IMG/VR virus record: IMGVR_UViG_3300013121_000008
Location: 1-64,000 of that record
Length of the DNA: 64,000 nucleotides
Reading direction: 5' to 3' (one strand)
Source of the DNA: a virus
Taxonomy: Duplodnaviria; Heunggongvirae; Uroviricota; Caudoviricetes
Part shown: positions 27,092-36,555 of the stretch, piece after piece
How positions within the stretch are numbered: the first letter of the stretch is position 1
Layout: the number at the start of each line of letters is the position of its first letter
Program-made: the position numbers and the translations under genes
Notes under the pieces: model-generated
Told to the model about the DNA's origin: nothing
The model's input: the letters and a program-made list of their open reading frames with translations, nothing else
Database searches by the model: none

Positions 27092-27514
27092 ATTTCGGTT
27101 CATATGAATTTAACTAAACTTGTGGAACAGTTAAATTATATTTAGCTGCAATTTTTTTTCATTCTTTCTTGCCAACTAATTACACCAATTTTCATATCGA
27201 TATCATGTGCGTTTTGAAGACTCATCAATAAATCTTCATCAATTCCTTCTAAAGAAGAAGGAAAAAGTTTAGCCTCCCACAACTAGAAGATTAAGATTAT
27301 ATAGTAGAAGGACCTATATATGGAAGAAGAGACTTATATGGAAATGGAAGAAAGACCTGGTATCTCCCCTCTATAAAAATATTTTTTTCCTATATCTCGC
27401 GTAATAGATAAAGGCTTTTTTACTTCATTTTTGTACCTACATAGAATCCAATCATGTAAGTAATGAAACCCATTAGAAAGTATACAGTGAAGGTAGTCAT
27501 TTTTATTTATTCCT

Positions 27515-27736
27515 TTATTTCTTACGTGCTTCCATATAGAAAGTTTCTTTATGCGCTCGCTTCGCTCGCGCGCTCCACACAAACTTTTTGTATTTACGTT
27601 CGCGCTTCCAGGGTCTATTTTCTTCTTTATTTGAAGTTTGTCTATCGGGATTGAAATAGAAAGCAGAGGAAAGAATTAGAAGTATAGCACCGATACAGGG
27701 AATTACTATTAGTAGAGTTTGTATAAATGCTATCAT
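27515..27736 (-). CDS. hypothetical small membrane protein (LLIVIP family)
   Basis: 73 aa; N-terminal TM helix TLLIVIPCIGAILLIL; the C-terminus is encoded by the GC-rich 19-mer repeat. Confidence 0.3.
   Translation of the reverse strand: MIAFIQTLLIVIPCIGAILLILSSAFYFNPDRQTSNKEENRPWKRERKYKKFVWSARAKRAHKETFYMEARKK
27553..27576. repeat. GC-rich 19-mer repeat copy 2
   Basis: GCGCTCGCTTCGCTCGCGCGCTCC; overlaps the 3' end of small ORF 27515..27736. Confidence 0.5.
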
Positions 27737-28027
27737 TCTTATTACCTTTAACTTTTAGTGTTATATTGTGCGCCATACACTCGAAACGGTTCTAATTACC
27801 TTATTTCCCATTAATATCTATTTTTATCCCTTTTTACCCCTATTTAGATATCAATTTGTTGTGTTTTTGCGGCGCACTCTCTCTCTTTATTTCCTATTGT
27901 TATCTTTTTTTATTCTCTGGATGTGTCCATTAAGGTAATTAGTATACCTGTAGAGACTGGAATTACTATTAGTAGGATAGTTAGTAGTTCTGTATCTATT
28001 GGTTTATCTTTTGTTTTTTGTTTTAGT

Positions 28028-28050
28028 ACGCTCGCTTCGCTCGCTCGCGT
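28028..28050. repeat. GC-rich 19-mer repeat copy 3
   Basis: ACGCTCGCTTCGCTCGCTCGCGT, next to the aberrant tRNA-like gene at 28061-28135. Confidence 0.5.
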
Positions 28051-28060
28051 ATCTTGTTTT

Positions 28061-28135
28061 TGGTGTATGCAGCAGGATTCGAACCTACGTTTCCTTGCGG
28101 GTGCAAGGTGTCCTAGTCCTCTAGACGATACATAC
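28061..28135 (-). tRNA. tRNA-like (Gly/Glu-type body, aberrant 6-nt anticodon loop); possible pseudogene
   Basis: Acceptor GTATGTA/TGCATAC, D-arm GTCTAGAGGACTAGGAC, T-arm GTAGG-TTCGAAT-CCTGC. The anticodon stem CCTTG/CAAGG encloses only 6 nt. Confidence 0.35.
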
Positions 28136-28390
28136 ATATAAGAATAGAAACCTCACTTTATGTATAAGCCAAGGTTTATGGCTACCGATGCTCTTATTCA
28201 GGCTCAGTTATTTTCTATTTTCTTTGTGCTATTCTTATATATGGTGTCGGTTATCCCACATGAACCCCTACCGACAAACTAGGGTGCGTTTCGTGACTGG
28301 GACTAATCACGCAGTATCTCTACTGGCATGTTTTACATAGGATCTTATTAGAAGTCATGCTCTTCTTGGGTAGATCAACCCATTCTTAAA

Positions 28391-28466
28391 GTGGTGGGCC
28401 CGGTAGGGATTGAACCTACGACCTTTGGTATATAAGACCACTGCTCTAACCACTGCGCTACAGGCC
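28391..28466 (-). tRNA. tRNA-Ile(TAT)-like, CCA encoded
   Basis: GGGCCTG TA GCGCAGTGGTTAGAGC ... loop CTTATAT ... GTAGG-TTCAATC-CCTAC-CGGGCCC-A-CCA. Confidence 0.5.
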
Positions 28467-28540
28467 CATTAGGGATTTCAGTGATTATTTTACAAATGCA
28501 GATTTACGGTCTTCACAAAGTCTAGCGTATACTTATTATC

Positions 28541-28618
28541 TGGTGGCCCCGCAGGGATTCGAACCCTGGACCCTCGGATTAAAAGTCCGGTGCTCTGACC
28601 TGACTGAGCTACAAGGCC
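28541..28618 (-). tRNA. tRNA-Lys(TTT), second divergent copy, CCA encoded
   Basis: GGCCTTG TA GCTCAGTCAGGTCAGAGC A CCGGACTTTTAATCCGA ... CAGGG-TTCGAAT-CCCTG-CGGGGCC-A-CCA; about 70% identical to the copy at 5858-5934. Confidence 0.6.
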
Positions 28619-28673
28619 CTATTGGCTTTTACAAGGCTTTCTCTTCTCTACATAGGCTCCACTACCTTTCTTC

Positions 28674-28928
28674 TTAGTGGACAGCCTGTGTTGCCGTTGT
28701 AGGCCCTGTATGCTCCTTTTCCTCGTACTTGGCGTAACGCCACTTGAGAGGATTGAAACCATTGCCCTTCACTTCGATCCAGAATTTCTTTCTGTCATTG
28801 GTGTACAGCGACATATAGTAGTCTAGGACTTGGTGAAGCCAACCAGCCATCCAGAATCCGAAACCCAGACCCACACCGTACATGAGGGCTTTTGCCAAGA
28901 ATACAAGTACCAGTCCGATGGTCTTCAT
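28674..28928 (-). CDS. hypothetical membrane protein
   Basis: 84 aa; two TM helices. Confidence 0.35.
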   Translation of the reverse strand: MKTIGLVLVFLAKALMYGVGLGFGFWMAGWLHQVLDYYMSLYTNDRKKFWIEVKGNGFNPLKWRYAKYEEKEHTGPTTATQAVH

Positions 28929-29048
28929 TATCGAACCGGGGCCGCCTTAGAATATCCCGGCTTATCGATTGGGCCCTTCCACTCACCGGCCTTTACCTTA
29001 TCTGCCTTCCACTTTGAAAAATCGAAAGAGCCGTCTGCCTTCGTGTAC

Positions 29049-29378
29049 TTAGGGTCGTGCTTGATCGGTGCGTCCATTCATTTTCTCCTTAGCAGCTTCC
29101 ATGCCGCGTTTGTACTCTTCAATGAGTTCGTTCATTTTATTGTTGATAGAGGCCATGATTCCCTTGAGAGATTCGATGTCCCCAGCGTTCCCCGATAGAA
29201 ACGCAAATGTCATCATAAGAAAGAGAAGTACGTAGAGCAGAAGCCCCTTTACTCCCTTGATTACGATGAATACTCCCGTCATTACTGATAAGAGCAGGTA
29301 GAGGTATGACCTCACTAGTCTTCCAGAGAGATCAGGAGGTCGATCTCGTCGTTGGTGAGTTTCTCGTAGGGAATGCAT
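29049..29378 (-). CDS. hypothetical membrane protein
   Basis: 109 aa ORF with TM segment VFIVIKGVKGLLLYVLLFLMMTFAFL; the true start may be an internal Met. Confidence 0.3.
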   Translation of the reverse strand: MHSLRETHQRRDRPPDLSGRLVRSYLYLLLSVMTGVFIVIKGVKGLLLYVLLFLMMTFAFLSGNAGDIESLKGIMASINNKMNELIEEYKRGMEAAKEKMNGRTDQARP

Positions 29379-29542
29379 TCACCAACGTAGGTGGTACACT
29401 CTTCACGAGGGGTGTCGGTTGCCTCACAGTTCTCCGGGTCACGATGGATGTAGTGAACCACCCACTCAGGAGCGAACGGAGTGAAATCCGCCACTGACAT
29501 CTCCGGAGGACCAGAACAGGCGAAAAGGAAAAGAAACAACAT
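29315..29542 (-). CDS. hypothetical lipoprotein
   Basis: 75 aa; signal peptide MLFLFLFACSG with lipobox. Confidence 0.3.
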   Translation of the reverse strand: MLFLFLFACSGPPEMSVADFTPFAPEWVVHYIHRDPENCEATDTPREECTTYVGECIPYEKLTNDEIDLLISLED

Positions 29543-29550
29543 GTAACCTC

Positions 29551-29868
29551 CTACTTCATCTTGTGGAATCGGGCAGTCGAGCCCGGCTTCTGGAATCCAC
29601 GAACGGTGTTCGGAAACCGCGACTCCATGACGAAATCACAGAATTCCTTGTTCGTGGTCTTGCTGCTGTTGTTGTAGCGAGCCAGCTTCTTCGTGCTCGG
29701 GAAACGGTTGATGGTTCGCTCCTTGCCGCCTCGGACAAGGGTGAGGAAGGGCTTTCCCGGACCAGGGAATGGGGAACTCATCTTTGCGGCTTCGTCATGC
29801 GGAGTCGAAGTGATGAATGAGTGAGAGGCGGGAGACTCCCAATTGTTCCAAGAGTACGAGTGCGACAT
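29551..29868 (-). CDS. hypothetical protein
   Basis: 105 aa; preceded by SD AAGGAG 8 nt upstream of ATG. Confidence 0.4.
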   Translation of the reverse strand: MSHSYSWNNWESPASHSFITSTPHDEAAKMSSPFPGPGKPFLTLVRGGKERTINRFPSTKKLARYNNSSKTTNKEFCDFVMESRFPNTVRGFQKPGSTARFHKMK

Positions 29869-29897
29869 TTTTATTTACTCCTTGTTTTTTCGTTGAG

Positions 29898-30239
29898 TGG
29901 TGCCCCGAGCGGGACTTGAACCCGCACGATCTTTTAATCGGAAGATTTTCGTCCCAACTATTGCTTTCGCAACTAAGATAATGGTAATCTTATTTGTGGG
30001 CTGGACTATGCCTTCACCCTTCTCATTGAGTTAGGGTGCGCTCCGTCTAGTCTCTACACTTTTCTTAGGGAAATTAATGTCTAAATATACTTATGACGAA
30101 GATAGTCTTCGTGAAAACCTAAGACTTAGCTCGGCGTTGTCATTTCAGATTTCACCGAATTTGAAGCGATTCACATATGAAATTTCTTTCATAGTGCTCA
30201 ATTTATAAGTCTCCCGCGTCTACCATTCCGCCACCAGGG
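29898..30239 (-). tRNA. trnL: tRNA-Leu(TAA) interrupted by a group I intron in the anticodon loop (exons 30207..30239 and 29898..29949)
   Basis: The 5' exon reads GCCCTGG TG GCGGAATGGTAGACGCG GGAGA CTT (ends at U34). The 3' exon reads AAAATCTTC + variable stem-loop CGATTAAAAGATCG + GCGGG-TTCAAGT-CCCGC + TCGGGGC-A-CCA. The acceptor pairs perfectly and the spliced anticodon loop would be CTTAAAA. Confidence 0.6.
29950..30206 (-). ncRNA. group I intron (tRNA-Leu(UAA) anticodon-loop type, cyanobacterial/plastid-like)
   Basis: About 257 nt inserted between anticodon positions 34/35. The 5' end is ATAAATTGAGCACTATGAAAGAAATT and the 3' end is ...GGGACG (terminal G). Core elements AGTGTAGAGACTAGACGGAGCGCACCCTAAC and GAAGGCATAGTCCAGCC resemble the conserved R/S (P7/P3) elements of trnL(UAA) group I introns as recalled from memory. 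A GCGAAAGC GNRA-loop lies near the 3' end. Confidence 0.55.
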
Positions 30240-30763
30240 CCTAAAGTTCTTTTTGGGTTTTCTTTTGTACTCAGCACTAGCGCTGTCACGGATCAACCTA
30301 TTTTTTACTTAATAGGTGTACTAACCCAAAACCGTGATTTCTAACATGATACTTATTATGGGCTTTCAACCCTCTGAGTTTCTTAATTGTCTTACTCAGA
30401 GCCGAGACGTTGGAACCTCTTCGAAAAAATGTTCGCAATGTTGATTAGAAAATTACTTGTTGACGAACAAGCCTAACCGCCTAAGACAAGTAGTTTTCAA
30501 GCTTACTTGTTGTTTCTTGCCTTACTTAGACTGGCACTCGTTGTTGCAGACGAGCCTGTCCTCTCATATTTGCGTTCCTTGAGGTAGCGAACTTGATCGT
30601 TAATGAATTGAGCTTGAACTTACACTAGAACGCCTACGCGCCCCCTGACTCCGACAGGACTTTTCGATTACAAGTCGAATGTGCTTGGAACCGACCAAGG
30701 CTCCATGGACTGTTCGTTACCTTTCTTCGCTATTGGTCTAACTAGGAAAGATTGCTCAAAATG

Positions 30764-31015
30764 TTAGAAGCTTCTGCGTAGCTCTTCTCGAAGATACTCT
30801 TTATCTTGCTGGAGCCTCTCTACAGAAGTTTGTAGCCTACTAATTTGGATTTGCTGCTTTTCGATGATTTTGTTCGCGATATCGGTGATTTCGATTAGTT
30901 TTCCGAAGGCCACATGAAGAGCAACAATGTCTTTTTCCATCTTGCTAATTCTTTGATCTTGATCCATTGTAGCTCCTATGTTACGGATCGCTGGTGTCAC
31001 ACGGAGAGCCACCAC
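30764..31015 (-). CDS. hypothetical coiled-coil protein
   Basis: 83 aa ORF. Confidence 0.3.
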   Translation of the reverse strand: MVALRVTPAIRNIGATMDQDQRISKMEKDIVALHVAFGKLIEITDIANKIIEKQQIQISRLQTSVERLQQDKEYLREELRRSF

Positions 31016-31259
31016 TGCTACGACTCATCTCGTACTGGACATCGACATCCGATGCCTGATATGCACGAGCATGGAAGCCATGACACTGACGACCATCCTT
31101 CTTGTAGGCGCCATAGTCTACTACTTGATTGCCCGTGGTTTTGGCTTCGAACATAGCCGGTCGAATTAGTTCGGCAGCTCGCTTCGGGTCCGGAGTGGGA
31201 TCCATTGGACAGTCGACAACCGAATTGAAAGCTTGACGGGCGGCATTGGTGATAATCAT
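30981..31259 (-). CDS. hypothetical protein
   Basis: 92 aa ORF. Confidence 0.3.
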   Translation of the reverse strand: MIITNAARQAFNSVVDCPMDPTPDPKRAAELIRPAMFEAKTTGNQVVDYGAYKKDGRQCHGFHARAYQASDVDVQYEMSRSSGGSPCDTSDP

Positions 31260-32973
31260 CTTAGACTCCGCTATTTGATTTTATTTTTGTTTAAGGGTAA
31301 AGAGTGTTTGTTTTTGATGAGGTCCTTGCCATCTCAAGAATGAAGATGTCTTCAAAAAAAACAACAGGAAACAAACAACCTTGTCGAGAGGATTTATCTA
31401 CACTGATAAGTATGTTAAGCGTAGGTTTCAGTCTCTCAATTATTCATTGAGATTTATAGCCTTTCACCAATTGGAGGGGCCGCTTAAACCCTAACAGAAT
31501 CTTTCCGCAGTCTGTTAACTGGCCGTGTCGTGATCGCGTCACGGGTAGATTGTACACACATTAGCTATTGTTTCCCACTCACTGCTGGTTGACTCTATTT
31601 AACATAAGAGGTTATGTCTCTCTATGAGAGATCTCCGGCGCATTGTGTACTGGTGAGTATTTGTCGAGTTCTGTAGGATATCCAAAAGTGCTGATTACTC
31701 TATTCTACGGCTAGCCCAACTTGAAGCCATCAGACACTACTCGACTATTGGTTGCCCAATCATTTGCATGACCCGCACTCGGTTGCTACCAGCCACCTTT
31801 CTAACTGGTATTCATCGTTCTAAGGGCCGCTAAGCCATTGAGGTCAAAGTGAACGATTACGGAACCTATTGGACTGGAGTGCATTGGGCGTAAGAAGGTT
31901 ACCTTGATTTGCGTCTCTTAGGTTCTTCTTTTAAGGGGTCGCCCAACCCTTTTTGATTTGTTCAGATGGATACGTCCTGACTGTGATTCCATCTTTTTCA
32001 TAAACAGTAGTAAAGTCAGTTTGTTCGCTACTGTTGAATTCCCAGTTTTCTCTGGTCTTAATATCAAGCTTTACGTACTTGATGTAAAAACCCACTTATT
32101 TTTCAAAGTAAGGTCGAGATATATTTCAATCTCTCTTTAATCACGGCCTGCACGACCCTTCGGCTGAGTTTCTGGTCTAATCAATTAGACCAAGGTTTTA
32201 TGGGATTGACGCATTGGGACTTGAACCCTTCGTGATATTGAACGTTAATCACAACATTCATTCTCAGAACATCCAGGAGGTGACTCTCCATTTGTGATGC
32301 GCCATGAAATTTGCGAAGTCAAGGTTAAAGTTTCCTTCGCCGGAACTACCAAATAGCCGAATCTTGTCGGTCACAAAGCTCTTACGAGACGATAGTATTT
32401 AAGTTCTTTATGGTTTTCGCGTCCCCACCATCAAAGCAGTCAGGAGCTACCTGACAATGAATCACAGTGTTTAAATCTCTATACAGAAGAAGACTCTAGA
32501 GAGAATGATTTTTACCAGACTTATCTCTTCTTAGCGTTACTGGTAACTGTGAAGATTTTGCTGGACTACCAGCCAGTCCCTTTATTTACGGCATATACCG
32601 ATATTTTGGAACGTCTTAGCCAGGGTATTAATGCACCCTGTAAAAATGTGAGGTGAAGACTATCCCTCGTCCCGGCTTTCGTCACCCTGTACAGTTATCA
32701 GGGCCCGGTTTGAGCATCTATTTATTTTTGAGGCTTTTCTGTTTACCCTCTCCGTCAGTAGCTGTATAGATGCTAGTTCTACTGAGTTTATGTACAGTCT
32801 CGTTACATCCTGTACGTGGTAGTTCCCTAACCGTTGTACTACTTTATAGTGTCGTCGTAAGGACTTATCCTAGGTTGTCCTGGTTTGCTAAACCCACACT
32901 CAACAGAGCCCGGCGGCACGTCTCCGATTTGCTTTCGCGTACCCTTTTGAGCGATGTTGATTTTCATGGCTTC

Positions 32974-33198
32974 CTACTTGCTAGGGACGACTTCGAATTC
33001 GATTTCGACCCAAGTAACTAGTGTATCGTTGTTAAAATTATACATGTCACCAGTTGTGAGTTCGACTGCGCGCTTTTGATGCAATTGTGCGCTGAGGGGC
33101 GTCATGAGATAGTATTCATTATTCGTGAAGAAAGTATCTCCAGGCTCGACGTACTGAATACACATTTCCTTACCAGAGATATTTTGCTTATATTTCAT
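32974..33198 (-). CDS. hypothetical protein
   Basis: 74 aa ORF. Confidence 0.3.
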   Translation of the reverse strand: MKYKQNISGKEMCIQYVEPGDTFFTNNEYYLMTPLSAQLHQKRAVELTTGDMYNFNNDTLVTWVEIEFEVVPSK

Positions 33199-33749
33199 GG
33201 TTTCTCCTTGTGGTGAAGGGCGTAGGTCGCTTCCCCTTCGTAAGCCCCATAGGTTACCTCAGAAGAGCTAGTTACTCTCTGTAGGGGATCCTACTGCTCT
33301 AGATTACAGTAGTTATTTGATTGTCCCGCAAGCGCGCCAATTGGGACAAAATGTTGTAGAGTAATAGAGGATTTGAAGGACCCAGGAACCTGCGTAATAG
33401 CTTACGCGCAAGCTTCTTACCTCTACAAACTGTCCACTCTACAAAAATGTTGTGCGGTTATTGAATATCCACGGTAGAGCGAAGCTCACCTACCCACCGC
33501 AAGTCCTGTATTTCGAATTACTCACGATATTCGCAGGGCATATGACCTCCCTACGCCGCAGGTTTCGCGCACGCCTGTTGTTCGGATAGATAGGATTTAA
33601 TGGAGCCTTTCGGTTATCCAAATCCAGCGAGGTATCCTTTGAACTCTACTGGTGAAATTCATCAGGTTTCCAACGTTACCTGAATCACCCTTTTCTATTT
33701 TGATTGACCAAAGAGTTTCGGAACTCTTTAGGTAAGGGATTGTGACTTG

Positions 33750-33980
33750 TTAAGTCAGGTTGGGGAAGCACCTGTTACAGCCGTGGTTTCCACACATGGC
33801 CGTCAGGTGCATGTGCTTCTGCATGTTGAAGCCACTACCCTTGGTGGTCTTCTTCTTCCTCTTTCCGTCCCGTCCCTGAGAGGCGTAGAGAGCCTTTCGA
33901 GCCTCTCGTGCCTGGATACGTTCCTTCTTGCGGCGTTCCTTGTTCTTGGCGCGACTTCCACGCCCACCCTTGAGTGCCAT
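33750..33980 (-). CDS. hypothetical basic protein with C-terminal Cys/His cluster (putative nucleic-acid binding)
   Basis: 76 aa; K/R-rich N-terminus and HMHLTAMCGNHGCNRC. Confidence 0.4.
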   Translation of the reverse strand: MALKGGRGSRAKNKERRKKERIQAREARKALYASQGRDGKRKKKTTKGSGFNMQKHMHLTAMCGNHGCNRCFPNLT

Positions 33981-33983
33981 TTT

Positions 33984-34289
33984 TTACTCCGTTTCCTTAG
34001 TGTCGTCCCAGTCGTTGTAGACCGGGAACTCGTCCACGATGTCGAACATGGGCACGGCGGGCCGGTTGCGCGCCAGCGGCTCCGTGTCGTAGAACGCCAT
34101 CTCGGGAACCTTCTCGGTCCGGTCCCCATGCTTCAGATGAACCCGCACGTTCAACATGGAGATGCAGCCTTCGTTGTAGATGTCGAGCACGGTGTAGCGG
34201 TTGCCGCCGCTGGTGATGATCTTGTCGTTCTTGTTCATGACTACTTCATCCGGGTGTGATTGGGAACCGGAACCCAGGCGGTGCTCCAC
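33984..34289 (-). CDS. hypothetical protein
   Basis: 101 aa ORF in the GC-rich island. Confidence 0.35.
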   Translation of the reverse strand: MEHRLGSGSQSHPDEVVMNKNDKIITSGGNRYTVLDIYNEGCISMLNVRVHLKHGDRTEKVPEMAFYDTEPLARNRPAVPMFDIVDEFPVYNDWDDTKETE

Positions 34290-34823
34290 TGGTTGTCTCG
34301 ATCCTTCCCGACTCCAGGAGCCGGGGGATGGGCAGGACCCTTCAGGTAGGTCTTGTTCTTCTGCTGCGAGGCAGGTCCACCCTGCTTCTGTCGGTCGTTG
34401 TACCGCTCCTCGTAGCCTTCGCGGTTCTTTCGGCGGTTGGAACCCAACCAGGTGTGCTTGCTCATGTTGCTACTCCCAGATGAAGCGGGCAATGAAGCAG
34501 AACACCACGGCACTGGTCGTGGACGAAATCCCGAGCATGTACCACAGGAATGCGTTTACGTTGTTGTTTTCCATTTTCTTAGCTCCACAGGTAGTAGATG
34601 ATGGAGATGAACATGATGATCGAGGCGATTCCCGCCAAGATCACGAAAAACAGGAGGATGGCTTCCGTCAGAGTGAAGCCCTTGCGATTGAACATTGTCT
34701 TTTAACCCTCTACTTAAACCCAATAGTGAGGAACGAAATTGTTCTCTGTCTTCGGGTGGGAGCCTAGGTATTCGCACTCCACTTATTTTGTAGTTTGTCC
34801 CCACATTTCTATGGGGTTTGGCA

Positions 34824-35057
34824 TCACATCGCGAGGAATACGATGCCCTTCTTTTCTGCTTCGTTGTACTTTCGAAGCACTTCCTTCTCCGACGGCTCGG
34901 GCTCTCCCCACCCTCGGTTGTTCTTGATGGCTCTGAGGGCCTCTTCCCTCGTTAGCCTACGACCGTGTGGGATAGAACGTTCCTGTTCTTCTACCTCGTC
35001 CCCACAAACGAGAATCTCCTCGTTTACGGGAAGGTAGATTACCTGAAGGTTCGGCAT
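34824..35057 (-). CDS. hypothetical protein
   Basis: 77 aa ORF. Confidence 0.3.
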   Translation of the reverse strand: MPNLQVIYLPVNEEILVCGDEVEEQERSIPHGRRLTREEALRAIKNNRGWGEPEPSEKEVLRKYNEAEKKGIVFLAM

Positions 35058-35074
35058 CTGTCACCTCTAGTTAT

Positions 35075-36142
35075 TTACTGGGTTTCCTGTCGGTACTCCC
35101 AGTTCTCCATCTCCAGTCGCTGCCAGTCAGCCTTCTCGCGAACGAAGAGGGCGCTCCAGGGGGTTTTGAGTGAAGTAGGGGCATCGATGCCCAGTTCCTC
35201 ACCCTGACGCTCCTTGAGGGCCTCCAGACGCTCCAACGAAGCCATGGCGTAGATATACTGCTTGATGCAGTACAGCTTGGAGGACTTGGGGTTCTTGCTT
35301 CCCATCTCCTGCCATTCGTACCAGAAGATGGTACGAAACCAACCAGAAAGCTCCTTCTTCTTCGTCGGAGTCAGAGTCCCGTTGATCTCTTTCAGCAGCG
35401 TCACCATGGGCGCATTGTTGAACTCGATCCAGCGGCCATCTTCGAATCGTCCGTTCTGCCCCACACTGTAGGCCAGAGAGAAGATTGGCTCCATGTTGAT
35501 GGATTCCCCAGCGGCCTCGTTGATGGAACGAATCTTCTTCGCCATCGTCACGAAGTTGTCCAGCTCTCCTCGCACCTTCTTCCAGATCTTTCGACCCTTG
35601 AATGTGGGAGACTTGTTTCCGAAGACGGCCAGGATCCAGGACTTGATGCCCCGAATCGCCATCTCGTACTTGTAGGTGGCCTTGTCGACCTCCTCGTCAG
35701 TGAACGTACCCACGAATTCGAGAACGTCCTCGTCTCCGGTGATGACGGTCTTGATTCGCTCGAAGTCCGCATCGAGGGAGACGAGTTTGTCCTCCATCTC
35801 CCATTCCTGCATCTTGGACGCCCAGAAGCACGCCCGACGAAGGAACATTTCTTCCGGAGAGTCCTTGCTCCAGTGATTCGTCCCGATCTCGCCACCATCG
35901 CCGCTCTTTCGAACGGGGATGATGTTCCCGTCCTTGTCCTTGAGCGCGACCTTGTGGATAATTCCGTTCTTGTCAGGAACGTTCTTGTGGTACGCGCAGA
36001 CCTGAAGGATCGACTGCAGGTCCATGTTGTGCCAGTCGGGCAGGTCGCCTAGAGCGTCAGTTCGCTCGGACGTATCCTCCACTACGGACCCCATCTCCAG
36101 CTTGTCCTCGTGTTCGTTCTCGACTTCGACTTCGATTTCCAT
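35075..36142 (-). CDS. hypothetical protein, paralog family A/B (with 39160..40524)
   Basis: 355 aa; shares LPDW..M.L..I..VC...DG....P..D..GN.IPVRK and downstream blocks with the 454-aa ORF; preceded by SD AGGAGACA. Confidence 0.55.
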   Translation of the reverse strand: MEIEVEVENEHEDKLEMGSVVEDTSERTDALGDLPDWHNMDLQSILQVCAYHKNVPDKNGIIHKVALKDKDGNIIPVRKSGDGGEIGTNHWSKDSPEEMFLRRACFWASKMQEWEMEDKLVSLDADFERIKTVITGDEDVLEFVGTFTDEEVDKATYKYEMAIRGIKSWILAVFGNKSPTFKGRKIWKKVRGELDNFVTMAKKIRSINEAAGESINMEPIFSLAYSVGQNGRFEDGRWIEFNNAPMVTLLKEINGTLTPTKKKELSGWFRTIFWYEWQEMGSKNPKSSKLYCIKQYIYAMASLERLEALKERQGEELGIDAPTSLKTPWSALFVREKADWQRLEMENWEYRQETQ

Positions 36143-36555
36143 CGCTGTCTCCTGTGAAATTGTTATGTGCCACGGCTTTTACTTTGAAAACCCTCCTGCA
36201 CATTCTCCAATGGGACTTGAACCTTTGTCTTTATGGAGTTTTCGCCTGAGTATGCATCCCAGGCCCAAGAACTCTTCTTTACTTGCTTAAGGTAAAGATC
36301 TATCTTGGTTATATTTCTTTTGCAGGTTTTGTTGATTACATTTGTCCTGCACTCAACGAGTATTGATTTTCAACATCCCGTCAAAGTCTATTTCGTAACC
36401 AATTAAACTGAAGACTGAAATAAACTAAATATCTTCAGAGTGTTGTCTTTCGCGTGGTTCTTTGCCTTCAGGCTGGTTGCCCACCAAAGATACTCTACTG
36501 GCTAGTCGTTTGACCTTTGTAGAGGTTATCGTTATTTCCTCCTGTGACTAGTTGA

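Noticed and set aside
27910-28137. 75-aa minus-strand ORF
   Set aside because: Its 5' part is the tRNA-like gene 28061-28135 and the GC-rich repeat. Only the C-terminal TM segment might be real, and no start codon precedes it.
28246-28330. Sequence sharing short blocks (AGAGA, TAGTCC, CGCACCCTA) with the group I intron core, plus a CCA-ending acceptor-like 3' end
   Set aside because: The blocks are in the wrong order for a group I intron and no exon halves could be assembled. Possibly coincidental or a decayed element.
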